The translations under genes were made by a program, and so were the position numbers. Below the pieces are notes generated by a model that had not been told where the DNA came from, ran no database searches, and saw nothing but the letters and a program-made list of their open reading frames with translations. This document shows, piece by piece, positions 9,478-18,368 of a stretch of DNA of 64,000 nucleotides (positions within the stretch are counted from its first letter, which is position 1; each line of letters starts with the position of its first letter). The stretch lies in contig DASZAF010000024.1 of assembly GCA_035945435.1 (NCBI GenBank), positions 3,578 through 67,577 on the forward strand, read 5' to 3'. Source of the stretch: Candidatus Saccharimonadales bacterium. Lineage in GTDB: Bacteria; Patescibacteriota; Saccharimonadia; Saccharimonadales; DASZAF01.

Positions 9478-10530
9478 CTAAGCGGTAACAATTCCGCCGC
9501 CGAGCACCCTATCACCATCATAGACGACGACCGACTGGCCGGCCGCCACTCCCCGTACGGCATCGCGGAGTTTGACAACTGCCCTGCCATCATCAATAGC
9601 GATTGATGCTTTGACGAGTGGGCCTCGGTATCTTGCGCGAACTTGGTATGTCTCACTGGGAACCGGTTCATCGCTTATCCAGTGAAGCTGGTCGAGAGTT
9701 ATCTCATCTTTCCAGAGATACTTATCGTCGAGATTACTCGTCACGTAGACGATATTCTTCTTCATGTCCTTGGCAACGACATAATATGGGAGGCCACCAC
9801 CGATACCGAGACCATGACGCTGACCGATGGTGAAGAAGATGGCCCCATCATGCTCCCCAAGGATCTCACGAGTCCTGATGTCGACGATCTCCCCTGGCTG
9901 GCTCTCGACATAGTGCATCAAAAAGTCTTTGATACCGATCTCCCCGACAAAGCAGATCCCCTGCGAGTCTGGTTTGTCAGCGTTAACAAGGTTTAGCTCA
10001 CCCGCTCTGCGGCGTACTTCGGTCTTTTTCAGCGAGCCGAGAGGAAAGAGTGTCTTCTCTAAGGCAGGCCTGTCGACGCGGTAGAGGAAGTAGCTCTGAT
10101 CTTTTGAGGCGTCAAGACCAGTGAGAAGCTGGCCGCTCTCAACGCGTGCATAGTGGCCGGTGGCAATCAGATCGGCCCCCTGGGCCAGTGCCGTCTTGAG
10201 AAATAACTTGAACTTAATCTCTTGGTTGCACATAACATCTGGGTTTGGCGTTCGACCTGCCTTATATTCCTCGATCATATAATCGACGACCGTTTGGCGG
10301 TACTCATCCTGAAAGTCAAAGACCTTAAAGTCTATCCCGAGCTGGACTGCTACTCGCTTAGCATCAGCCAGATCTTCAGCCCAAGGGCACTGCATGCCTG
10401 GTAAGTCTTCGGTCCAATTCTTCATATAGACCCCGGTCACTCGGTATCCTTGGCCTTCAAGAAGAGCAGCCGTCACTGAACTGTCGACCCCACCACTCAT
10501 ACCAACAAAGACACTCTTAGATACGGGCAT
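9478..10530 (-). CDS. mnmA: tRNA-specific 2-thiouridylase MnmA
   Basis: GMSGGVDSS, TPNPDVMCN, ATGHYA, KDQSYFL, DSQGICF, TIGQRHG; start reassigned to MPVSKS. Confidence 0.97.
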   Translation of the reverse strand: MPVSKSVFVGMSGGVDSSVTAALLEGQGYRVTGVYMKNWTEDLPGMQCPWAEDLADAKRVAVQLGIDFKVFDFQDEYRQTVVDYMIEEYKAGRTPNPDVMCNQEIKFKLFLKTALAQGADLIATGHYARVESGQLLTGLDASKDQSYFLYRVDRPALEKTLFPLGSLKKTEVRRRAGELNLVNADKPDSQGICFVGEIGIKDFLMHYVESQPGEIVDIRTREILGEHDGAIFFTIGQRHGLGIGGGLPYYVVAKDMKKNIVYVTSNLDDKYLWKDEITLDQLHWISDEPVPSETYQVRARYRGPLVKASIAIDDGRAVVKLRDAVRGVAAGQSVVVYDGDRVLGGGIVTA

Positions 10531-11140
10531 GATACTGTACCAGTACAAAAGTCGTTCGGAGGACCTCGCCAAGACCGATAGCCAGACTCTGTTCATGCAG
10601 CCACCAGGTCCAGCCTGCCCAGTCATTGTTATCTACTGAGGAACGATTGATGATCGCAACCTTTGAGCCAAGATAGTGTCGGAAGTCAACTTCAGCACGT
10701 CGCTGATGGTACGGTGAGGTAACTAGGATAATCGTCCTATAGTTATCGGCTTTAATGATCGAGGCCGTATCCTGAGCGTTTTCTTCAGTGTTATCTGAAG
10801 AACCTTCAACATCGACAACCTTTAACGGAATGCCGGCCGCTACAGCCTGGCGGCTCATAATGTCGGCATTGGACGGGCTCGAGGGATCCTTGGCTGCTCC
10901 CGAGAAGATGATCTGCGGAGCCCAACCCTCTTTATAGAGCTTGATTGCCTCTTTAGCCCGGGCAGTTGTGTCACCACCACTTATAGCCACGATAGCGCTG
11001 GCCTTTCGGAGACCATTCTGAGGACCAAGATAAGCTGGTACAGCAAAAGCAAACAAGCCAAACAGGACAATGACAACCAAGGCCAGTTTAATAAGATGGC
11101 GTCTGAGTCGCTCGATCCGAGTATGCTTATGGCGGCTCAT
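10517..11140 (-). CDS. YdcF/DUF218 (ElyC/SanA-like) membrane-anchored protein
   Basis: TM, then AIVAISGG, IIFSG, S.NTEENA, ILVTSPYHQRRA. Confidence 0.88.
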   Translation of the reverse strand: MSRHKHTRIERLRRHLIKLALVVIVLFGLFAFAVPAYLGPQNGLRKASAIVAISGGDTTARAKEAIKLYKEGWAPQIIFSGAAKDPSSPSNADIMSRQAVAAGIPLKVVDVEGSSDNTEENAQDTASIIKADNYRTIILVTSPYHQRRAEVDFRHYLGSKVAIINRSSVDNNDWAGWTWWLHEQSLAIGLGEVLRTTFVLVQYHARI

Positions 11141-12306
11141 CTCTCCAGCTCCGCGACAGCCTTAATAAGAATCTGAGCGGCCCTATCAATATCGGCCCCG
11201 GTCGTCTGACGCCCGAGGGTTATCCGTATACTGCCATCGACTGTCTCATCACTTAAACCCAGCGCGCTCAAGACATGCGAGCGTCGCTCCTTGTTAGCGC
11301 TGCAGGCCGCCCCTGTCGCAAGCTGCAGGCCGTACTCATCACAGAGCATTACAAGCCGTTCTCCGTCTAAACCAGGCCATGCCACGTTCAGTGTGTTTGG
11401 CAGACGATGCTTCTGATCACCACTAACGACCAACTGATCATCGTATCGCTCAGACAGTCGGTTCTGTAGAGAGTCACGTAGGCCGGCTTCACGCCGAGAA
11501 GCCTCCTTGCGATGGAGCTGGGAGTTCTCAAGTGCGACTGCCAACCCGATGATACCTGCTACATTCTCGGTACCACTTCTCAGACCACGCTCTTGGCCTC
11601 CTCCAACTATAAGTGGCTCTATCTGGACCTGCCCCTGGACAAAGAGTAAACCAACCTGCTTCGGGCCATACATCTTGGAACCGTTAAGTGTCATCAGGTC
11701 GACGCCGAGTCGTGCCGTATGCAGGTCTAGATACGGAGCGGCCTGGGCGGCATCGCTATGCAGATAGAGTGGTAGCTTGTTATGACTGAGCAGGCGCTGC
11801 CGGCGTACACCCTGAACGAGTTTAGCTACTTTTGACAGGGGTTGGATAGTGCCGGTCTCGTTATTGGCATAGCCAATGCTGATGAGGACCGTATTGTTGT
11901 CGATCAGCCCCGACAGCTTATCAAGATCGATCGTACCCTTGGCATTCACTGGGATAAGTTTATGGGTGTGGCGTTTGGCAGGTGCCAGGACTGTCTCATG
12001 CTCGATCGCGCCGACTAAGACATTGGCTTTTGGAAATTCAGTCATGACACCAGTAATCGCTAAGTTGTTTGCTTCAGCAGCTCCAGCCGTAAAGACGATT
12101 TCGGCAGGTTTGGCGCCAAGTGGAAGCGCTATTCGTTTCCGGACCTCTTCAAGATCAGCTTTAACCTGTCGAGCTGCCTGGTAGCTAGCCGACGGATTGT
12201 AGAAACGCCCCGATAAATAGGGAGTCATTGCCGCGGCCACCTCGTCATCAAGAGGTGTTGCTGCGGCGTAATCAAGATATATCGGCGTCTCCACGTCTCT
12301 ATCCAT
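11137..12306 (-). CDS. iscS: Cysteine desulfurase (IscS/NifS-type)
   Basis: IYLDYAAATP, ANNETGTIQ, HSDAAQA, SKMYGPK, RSGTEN, ATGAACS. Start is ATG 12306 or GTG 12294. Confidence 0.92.
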   Translation of the reverse strand: MDRDVETPIYLDYAAATPLDDEVAAAMTPYLSGRFYNPSASYQAARQVKADLEEVRKRIALPLGAKPAEIVFTAGAAEANNLAITGVMTEFPKANVLVGAIEHETVLAPAKRHTHKLIPVNAKGTIDLDKLSGLIDNNTVLISIGYANNETGTIQPLSKVAKLVQGVRRQRLLSHNKLPLYLHSDAAQAAPYLDLHTARLGVDLMTLNGSKMYGPKQVGLLFVQGQVQIEPLIVGGGQERGLRSGTENVAGIIGLAVALENSQLHRKEASRREAGLRDSLQNRLSERYDDQLVVSGDQKHRLPNTLNVAWPGLDGERLVMLCDEYGLQLATGAACSANKERRSHVLSALGLSDETVDGSIRITLGRQTTGADIDRAAQILIKAVAELER

Positions 12307-12346
12307 TGTATCAAGTCCTGACAAAGAGATGTCTGACGGAGGGCCT

Positions 12347-12781
12347 TTAGGCGACCGCTTCGGCAAACGGCCGTTTGTAAACGTCGCGAGCGACCCTGAG
12401 AGTATACTGCCGGATAGCGTGAGCTAAGTTGTGCAGTTCCTGGTCGGTCACCTCCTGGTAGGGCTGGCCATCTTGGATCTTGAGGATCACGTTCGGGTGG
12501 ATCTCGTAGCGGGTAGTGCACTCTTGGCGCTTGCCGGTTCGCGTATCAGTCCAGCTCTCGTACCAGATCCAGGTGTATTCATCGAGACAGAAAAATTCAC
12601 GGGTGTGACCTTTTGGGATCGGCCCGAAGAGGTGGCGGCCTATCTCTGACTCTTTGGCAATCAGGTCCCGCTGGGTAAGAGCTCGCTTGAGGTTTGAGCC
12701 TGAAACAGTACCGACCGCCATGCTCAGCAGCTTGTTGCTGAGCTGATTGTCTTTTCGCTGTTTACGCTTTCGGCCAAACAT
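12347..12781 (-). CDS. Conserved hypothetical protein
   Basis: ESEIGRHLFGPIPKGHTREFFCLDEYTWIWYE..TTRYE, recalled as a Saccharibacteria-typical family. Confidence 0.75.
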   Translation of the reverse strand: MFGRKRKQRKDNQLSNKLLSMAVGTVSGSNLKRALTQRDLIAKESEIGRHLFGPIPKGHTREFFCLDEYTWIWYESWTDTRTGKRQECTTRYEIHPNVILKIQDGQPYQEVTDQELHNLAHAIRQYTLRVARDVYKRPFAEAVA

Positions 12782-12792
12782 CTTTAAATCTC

Positions 12793-13143
12793 CTAGGCCG
12801 CTCGGTCTAGGTGCTCCCTTCGCAGGGTGTTAACGACGACATTACTGTCATGGCCGATTACCGCCAAAAGCTGTTGGCGGTAGATCTCTCGAGGATCGGG
12901 CACCACCTCGGGTCGTGCGATAAAAGCTGGTGAATGCATCTGTGTCCAAGCCTGTGCTGGATCGGTCGGTTCAGCCGGAAGTTGTTCCCGATCAGGACCA
13001 GTCTGTTGGTCGGTCTCGTGAAGAAGTGACGCCTCAAGCGCAGCAAGCTCTTCGTCGATTCTTGTGTGATCTAAGTTGTCTTCTGGTCCAGAAGTGGGAA
13101 GGGTTGCTGCAGTAGCTGTGTCTACCATGTCATGCAGTCTCAA
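12793..13143 (-). CDS. Hypothetical protein
   Basis: Overlaps the tatD stop on the same strand and fills the gap. Confidence 0.5.
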   Translation of the reverse strand: MRLHDMVDTATAATLPTSGPEDNLDHTRIDEELAALEASLLHETDQQTGPDREQLPAEPTDPAQAWTQMHSPAFIARPEVVPDPREIYRQQLLAVIGHDSNVVVNTLRREHLDRAA

Positions 13144-13904
13144 TCGTTTAAGATAAATAGTTCCTGTGCGTTCTGTGAAGTAATGGCCGCAATTTGCTCT
13201 ATAGGCTGGTTGCGTTCCCTCGCTATAAAGTCCGCTACCAACTCCACATTCGCCGGTACGTTTATGGTACCACGTTTAGGTACTGGAGTCAAATAGGGAG
13301 CGTCGGTTTCAAGCAGCAGGCGCTTCTCCGGGACAGAGATCAGCAGGTCACGCTGCTTGGCATCCTTGGTGAAAGTCACGATACCATTGACACCAATATA
13401 GAGGTTATGCGATAACCCTCGCTCCATATTGGCCCGATTATCCGTAAAACTGTGCAAAACACCCCTGATACCCCGATATGATTCGAATATCTTCCAGAAG
13501 TCGTCAAAGGCGTCACGGACATGAAAAACGATAGGGAGGTTGTGCTCGAGAGCCAATTCAATTTGTTGGCGGAGCAGCCTCTGCTGATCGAGTTTGGGTG
13601 AATGCAGGTAAAAGTAGTCAAGCCCACACTCCCCAACCGCCACCACTTCCGGCTGGCCAGCCAGCTTGACGAAGTCAAGCCACTCCCCCTTTTCAGTTGC
13701 CGCTTCATGAGGATGAATGCCGATGCTGGCAAAACAGCCCTCATGCTCTTGGGCAAAGGCTACTGCTTCTTGGCTATCGGCAACACCGGTGCCGACACAG
13801 AGCATACGAGTTACACCGGCCGCAAAGGCGTCGGCTAAAACGGCATCAATGTCAAACTCATAGTGGCTGCTATGGATATGGCAGTGGGTATCAGTGAGCA
13901 CCAT
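13140..13904 (-). CDS. tatD: TatD family DNase
   Basis: DTHCH, GIHPH, VGECGLDY, HVRDA, HSF, LETDAPYL; start reassigned to MVLTDTH. Confidence 0.95.
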   Translation of the reverse strand: MVLTDTHCHIHSSHYEFDIDAVLADAFAAGVTRMLCVGTGVADSQEAVAFAQEHEGCFASIGIHPHEAATEKGEWLDFVKLAGQPEVVAVGECGLDYFYLHSPKLDQQRLLRQQIELALEHNLPIVFHVRDAFDDFWKIFESYRGIRGVLHSFTDNRANMERGLSHNLYIGVNGIVTFTKDAKQRDLLISVPEKRLLLETDAPYLTPVPKRGTINVPANVELVADFIARERNQPIEQIAAITSQNAQELFILND

Positions 13905-15369
13905 GCTTATGGCCAGCCCTAGCGTCCTTGGTATGCAGGTAGATCTTGGGGAAGAGAACGCCCTCGTAGGGCTTGACGACCTCTTTCTCGAAGGTCGCCT
14001 TAATGGCCGCGGAGGTGTTGGGCAGAAATGGAAGTAACATTTGGCTGATCTGCAGCAACGAGCTGACCGTATAGGCGAGAACTTCTTGGAGATGCTGACC
14101 ATCCTCGGCTTTGGCAATCTCCCAGGGCTTCTCCTCGTCGATGTATTGGTTGAGCCCTTTGACGAGCACCCAGAGATAATCAAGTGCTTTATCTAATCGC
14201 AGATCGGCCATTGCTTCTTGATACGGCACCGTGTCATGTGAGGCCTCAGGGATTATCCCGATCACCCCTTCCTGGTAACGGTTGATCATCGAAGCGACTC
14301 GTTGGACAAGATTACCAAGCTCGTTTCCAAGCTCGTTATTGTAGGCGTCTTCAAAACGCTCCCAGGTAAAATCACCGTCGCCCTGGGTTGGGATGTGACG
14401 CAGGAAGTAGTAGCGGAAGGCGTCGATACCGTAATCCTTGACGATGTCTAGAGGCGAGATAACGTTGCCGATCGTCTTGCTCATCTTCTGGTTGGCTACC
14501 TGAATGTGACCATGGACCAGAAGCTGTTTGGGTAGCGGCAGGTCGAGCCCCATCAACATGGCCGGCCAGATAACGGCGTGAAAACGGATGATGTCTTTGC
14601 CGACGATCTGAATGTCTGCCGGCCAGAAAGTCTTGAAGTTCTCACCACTCGGATAATCGAGAGTGGTAATGTAGTTCATAAGGGCTTCGAACCAGACGTA
14701 CATAACCTGTGACGGATCACCTGGTACGGGGACTCCCCACTTGAGGCGCTTGGCCTCGCGACTGATGCTGATATCCTCAAGGCCGCTGTTGAGCAGGGCC
14801 ATTACTTCGTTCTTGCGAACAGCTGGGACGACCTTATATTCGTCTTTGGCGATGGCCTCTTTGATCTTGGTCCCAAACTCGGTCAGCTTGAAGAAGTAAT
14901 TCTCCTCACTGATCTTGACGTAGGGCTTGTTGTGATCCGGGCAGACTCCTTTGTTGGTCTTGTATTGAAGCTCAGTCACAAACTCTTCATGACCGACACA
15001 GTACCAGCCGGTGTAGCTCTTCTTGTAAATATAGGGTTCGAGCTTCTTCCAGATCAGTTGAGCGGCTTTGACATGCTTCGGCTCGGTCGTTCTAATCCAG
15101 TAGCTGTACTCGATATTGAGAGCTTTGGCAAAATCTTTCCAACCAGGGACCATCGAGTCAACGTATGCCTGGGTTGCCTGGTGCTGTTCGGCAGCCTTCT
15201 CGGCAATCTTCTGGCCATGCTCGTCGCTACCAGTGCTGAAGAAGACGGCGTAACCCTGCATCTGGTAATAACGGCTAATTGTATCGGCTAGAACGTAATC
15301 GAGCGCATTGCCGACGTGCGGCAGAGCGTTGACGTACGGAATAGCAGTGGCAATATAGAATTTCTTCAC
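13891..15369 (-). CDS. metG: Methionine--tRNA ligase, short form
   Basis: AIPYVNALPHVGN (HIGH), DEHGQKI, YVWFEAL, GKDIIRFH, KMSKT, NELGNLVQR. Confidence 0.96.
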   Translation of the reverse strand: MKKFYIATAIPYVNALPHVGNALDYVLADTISRYYQMQGYAVFFSTGSDEHGQKIAEKAAEQHQATQAYVDSMVPGWKDFAKALNIEYSYWIRTTEPKHVKAAQLIWKKLEPYIYKKSYTGWYCVGHEEFVTELQYKTNKGVCPDHNKPYVKISEENYFFKLTEFGTKIKEAIAKDEYKVVPAVRKNEVMALLNSGLEDISISREAKRLKWGVPVPGDPSQVMYVWFEALMNYITTLDYPSGENFKTFWPADIQIVGKDIIRFHAVIWPAMLMGLDLPLPKQLLVHGHIQVANQKMSKTIGNVISPLDIVKDYGIDAFRYYFLRHIPTQGDGDFTWERFEDAYNNELGNELGNLVQRVASMINRYQEGVIGIIPEASHDTVPYQEAMADLRLDKALDYLWVLVKGLNQYIDEEKPWEIAKAEDGQHLQEVLAYTVSSLLQISQMLLPFLPNTSAAIKATFEKEVVKPYEGVLFPKIYLHTKDARAGHKHGAH

Positions 15370-15380
15370 GGTGATAGTCC

Positions 15381-15491
15381 ATTTCTATCTAAATTTAAGA
15401 GGTAATTAAACTGGTGTTTAAAGATTTTGGGCGCCAAGGCCCATCATACCCATCGTGCTTGTGGGCTGAGTAGAGAGATTTAGATAGAAAT
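15381..15491 (-). promoter_or_regulatory. Perfect 14-bp inverted repeat pairing leader codons 5-9 with the metG translation-initiation region
   Basis: ATTTCTATCTAAAT (15381-15394) is the exact reverse complement of ATTTAGATAGAAAT (15478-15491); the 3' arm ends 11 nt before the metG GTG. Confidence 0.75.
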
Positions 15492-15504
15492 ATCCCTGAG
15501 GCAT
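15418..15504 (-). CDS. Putative metG leader peptide MPQGYFYLNLSTQPTSTMGMMGLGAQNL (28 aa)
   Basis: Translated by hand; lies between the promoter and metG; three Met codons in four positions (18, 20, 21). Confidence 0.7.
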   Translation of the reverse strand: MPQGYFYLNLSTQPTSTMGMMGLGAQNL

Positions 15505-15513
15505 TACTCTCCT

Positions 15514-15542
15514 ACCATACCCCAGTTAAAATAGAGAGTCAA
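15514..15542 (-). promoter_or_regulatory. Promoter for leader-metG-tatD
   Basis: TTGACT-17 nt-TATGGT, ending 9 nt before the leader ATG. Confidence 0.6.
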
Positions 15543-15616
15543 AGGGCATTTGCTTGACAAGGTGCCTAAATCGTTCTACTAATGTTCCAAAGCTAACTGG
15601 TAAACGGCGCACAGAT

Positions 15617-15742
15617 ATGATCGACGACCACGAACGCGCACCATCACCAGACCCAACCGCACTCGCAAGAGAGCTTGAACGGCGTGGCGTGATTAACCCG
15701 GCGACACAACTTACCGCCCGGCTCCCGGCAGCCCATACATGA
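15617..15742 (+). CDS. Possible small protein (41 aa)
   Basis: MIDDHERAPSPDPTALARELERRG...; TTGACA at 15554 upstream; divergent from metG. Confidence 0.3.
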   Translation: MIDDHERAPSPDPTALARELERRGVINPATQLTARLPAAHT

Positions 15743-15757
15743 GAGGCCGATCTAGGG

Positions 15758-16543
15758 TCAGATCGCAGGGTTTTTAAACTCCCGAGTCAATCCGGCCCAT
15801 TCTTCGAGGGTTAGCTCCTGCGCTCTTGCGTCGGGACGAATGTGAGCACTCTCAAGTAATCGATCGGCCTGATCTTTGCTAATAGCCAGGCCGCCACTGA
15901 GGCTACTGCGCAGTTTCTTGCGCTTTTCAGAGAAGCCCGCCCTAACAACTCGGAAGTACTCTTTTGGAGTAATATCCGAGAAGAGTGGTGCTTCTCGAAG
16001 CCTGAGAGCTACGACCTGAGAGTCGACCTCTGGGGGCGGCTTGAAGAGGCCGGCCGGCACGATCGGACCGAGCTCTACGTCAGCATAAAACTGTGCGCTG
16101 ACGCCGAGAATCGAGAGGGAACCCGGTTTGGCAGTGAGTCTCTCGGCTACCTCTTTCTGGATAAGCAAGACTACGATCGTGGGCCTATTTGGGGCCTCCA
16201 GAAGCGTTCTAATCAGCTTTGAGGTTAGATAGTAGGGTATGTTGGCCACTACCTTGTAGCCGGTCGGAAGTCGTCTCAGATCGAAGGTGAGTATATCCTG
16301 CTCGACCACCTCGACATTGTCCGCGTCCACTCTGGCTTTAAGAACGTAGGCCAGATCCCTATCTAGTTCTACGGCGACCACATGCCTGGCTTGTGCTGCC
16401 AACAGCCGCGTCAGACTGCCTGGACCCGGGCCAATCTCAAGGATGGTGTCTTCTTTGGTGACGTGAGCTAGTCTGACGATTGCCTTAAGGCTCTCCTGGT
16501 CGTTGAGCCAGTGTTGTCCGAGAGACTTCTTGGGAGTATCCAT
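15758..16543 (-). CDS. rsmA: 16S rRNA m6,2A dimethyltransferase RsmA/KsgA
   Basis: KKSLGQHWL, LEIGPGPGSLT, VANIPYYLTS, QKEVAERL, PPPEVDS. Confidence 0.97.
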   Translation of the reverse strand: MDTPKKSLGQHWLNDQESLKAIVRLAHVTKEDTILEIGPGPGSLTRLLAAQARHVVAVELDRDLAYVLKARVDADNVEVVEQDILTFDLRRLPTGYKVVANIPYYLTSKLIRTLLEAPNRPTIVVLLIQKEVAERLTAKPGSLSILGVSAQFYADVELGPIVPAGLFKPPPEVDSQVVALRLREAPLFSDITPKEYFRVVRAGFSEKRKKLRSSLSGGLAISKDQADRLLESAHIRPDARAQELTLEEWAGLTREFKNPAI

Positions 16544-16546
16544 TAC

Positions 16547-16972
16547 CTAATCCAACTGCAATGTCTTCAGACCGGTATCACCGTCAAACTGCCGGACTAG
16601 CGGCAGTTGGAAGGCGTGGATGAAGAGCTCACAAGTACCACCAACGACCAGACGTTTAACGTGGCCGCCGATTGGCTCGAAGTCGTCACCAGAGAAGACT
16701 CCGTGTAGATGAACGACTGGCTCACCTTTATCGTCGTGAGCAATCGATCCTTTTAGAGAGTCGATCTCACAGATTGACGGGTATGTCTGCCATTTGTAGT
16801 TCTTCTTATCGAGGTCGTAAAAGCCGATTTCAAGCTCCATGGCCCCTCCAATCCCCTCTACCCAGCCGCTCTTGACACCGCTCTGCTCAATAAAGTGGAG
16901 TAGCTTTTCAACCAGCTCTTCACCCTTCTTGAGCACAATAATGTAGTTGTAGCCGTCAAATCGGTAGTTCAT
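16547..16972 (-). CDS. PPC/DUF296 domain protein
   Basis: LKKGEEL, GIG, SLKGSI, HLHG, GGH, TCELFI. Confidence 0.88.
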   Translation of the reverse strand: MNYRFDGYNYIIVLKKGEELVEKLLHFIEQSGVKSGWVEGIGGAMELEIGFYDLDKKNYKWQTYPSICEIDSLKGSIAHDDKGEPVVHLHGVFSGDDFEPIGGHVKRLVVGGTCELFIHAFQLPLVRQFDGDTGLKTLQLD

Positions 16973-16998
16973 ACGCTTACTCTAGCACAGAACGGTGA

Positions 16999-18261
16999 CT
17001 ACCAGCTGTGGTCAGCAGCCCAGTGAGAAGCGGCAGCCTGCCAGCCACCATAGGCACTGTTGGCATAACTCGTACACCACTCGAGCTGGGTGACCGGGTT
17101 AGTAGCCCAGTCTGAACCCGCAGAGGCCATCTTCCACGCTGGTGTCGACTGACAGAGACCATAGCCTATGTATGATGTCGGGGTGCCATGATAGGCCGGG
17201 CAGCCACCGTACTCACCCTGCCACTTGGTCGGACACCAACCACTCTCGTGGGTAATAATGTAGCTCGCAGCACTGTAATCTGATGCCGAAATACCTGCAT
17301 CAGCCATCAGCTGAACCTGATCTGCCGAGACGTCACCGACGCCTTCGTGAACAACTTCTGGGACAGCCGGAGTTTCAACGACAGTGTTGAGGACCTGCCT
17401 TGAGACCTCTTGGCCATTCTGGGTAGTAATCTCGTAGGTGACCACCTGCTGACCGTTTTTCCCCTGTTGGGTGATATTGCTGTAACCTGCCGGTTCGTTG
17501 ACGTCGGCAACAGTCTGGATCGCGAATGGAATAGTCTGTTGAGTTGTCACCACCTCTGAGCCGTTATGAACAAGATTGACCGTCATTCCAGTACTGATGG
17601 GGGTATCGACAGGAGTCATCAGCTGGTCGCCTTGCTTCATGGTGATATTCTGAGAGGCCAAGAACTCACCGACTGTCTTCGCCTGAGTCCTGACGGGGAC
17701 AGGGTTGCCATAGAGATCGAATGTGAACGGAGTGGCTCGATTAATGGTCACCTGTACGCCAGCATTACCGGCTTCAACAAAGTTATTAATCAGATTCGTT
17801 GAGGTCGTATCCTGAGGATAGAGACTCAAGCCGGCAGCAGCGACAATATCCTGAGGTGTCTGAGCAGCGGTCATGACGGTGTACTTGTTGGTGCCGTCAA
17901 TGACTTCGACAGGGCGTGCAGTGTAGATGTTGACATTGTAGTCCGCACCGAGAAGAACGGTATCTTCAGATGGCTCAACAAGATCGTACTTACCAACAGG
18001 GATATGCACCTCGTTCAAGAGGTCACCGACCGTCTTAGCGTGGGTAGCAAACGTCTGGTTAGAGCCGTTATCGTAAACGGTTACGTAGGTCAGGTTGTCG
18101 GCCTGGGCCTGGTGATGAGGGAAGAAGATGATCAGAGAAGCAACTGTAATTACGAATAATGCCGCAGTTACAATGCTGAGGTAGTTGCGTAGCACTCTCT
18201 TAGATGTCTTCTCACACAAAGTCATAAGAGCTAACAATGAGTATAGCAAATTGGTACTCAT
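16999..18261 (-). CDS. Rpf/YabE-like cell-wall protein (DUF348 repeats, G5 domain, C-terminal lysozyme-like domain)
   Basis: TM; three T.AKTVG.LL-type repeats; G5 (TIPF..GKNGQQVVTY..PAVPEVVHEG); IITHESGW..YGLCQ..NPVTQLEW..YGGW. True start may be a little downstream. Confidence 0.85.
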   Translation of the reverse strand: MSTNLLYSLLALMTLCEKTSKRVLRNYLSIVTAALFVITVASLIIFFPHHQAQADNLTYVTVYDNGSNQTFATHAKTVGDLLNEVHIPVGKYDLVEPSEDTVLLGADYNVNIYTARPVEVIDGTNKYTVMTAAQTPQDIVAAAGLSLYPQDTTSTNLINNFVEAGNAGVQVTINRATPFTFDLYGNPVPVRTQAKTVGEFLASQNITMKQGDQLMTPVDTPISTGMTVNLVHNGSEVVTTQQTIPFAIQTVADVNEPAGYSNITQQGKNGQQVVTYEITTQNGQEVSRQVLNTVVETPAVPEVVHEGVGDVSADQVQLMADAGISASDYSAASYIITHESGWCPTKWQGEYGGCPAYHGTPTSYIGYGLCQSTPAWKMASAGSDWATNPVTQLEWCTSYANSAYGGWQAAASHWAADHSW

Positions 18262-18272
18262 TACGAAAGAAT

Positions 18273-18301
18273 ATTATAGAATATGATAATGTTTATGTCA
18301 A
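18273..18301 (-). promoter_or_regulatory. Consensus sigma70 promoter
   Basis: TTGACA-17 nt-TATAAT. Confidence 0.8.
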
Positions 18302-18368
18302 TACTTCAAACAGCCCGCCCGCCTCTGTTGAGTGGTCACGGCTAGGGCCTAATCTCTGATCAAATCGG

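Noticed and set aside
13905-14183. Long N-terminal extensions of tatD (and of alaS, mnmA, iscS and 49794) in the ORF track
   Set aside because: They overlap upstream genes or promoters; downstream starts match the family N-termini or the gene packing.
15370-15510. T-box or SAM riboswitch upstream of metG
   Set aside because: No T-box (UGGNACC) bulge, no SAM-I core and no terminator; the uORF plus stem explains the region better.
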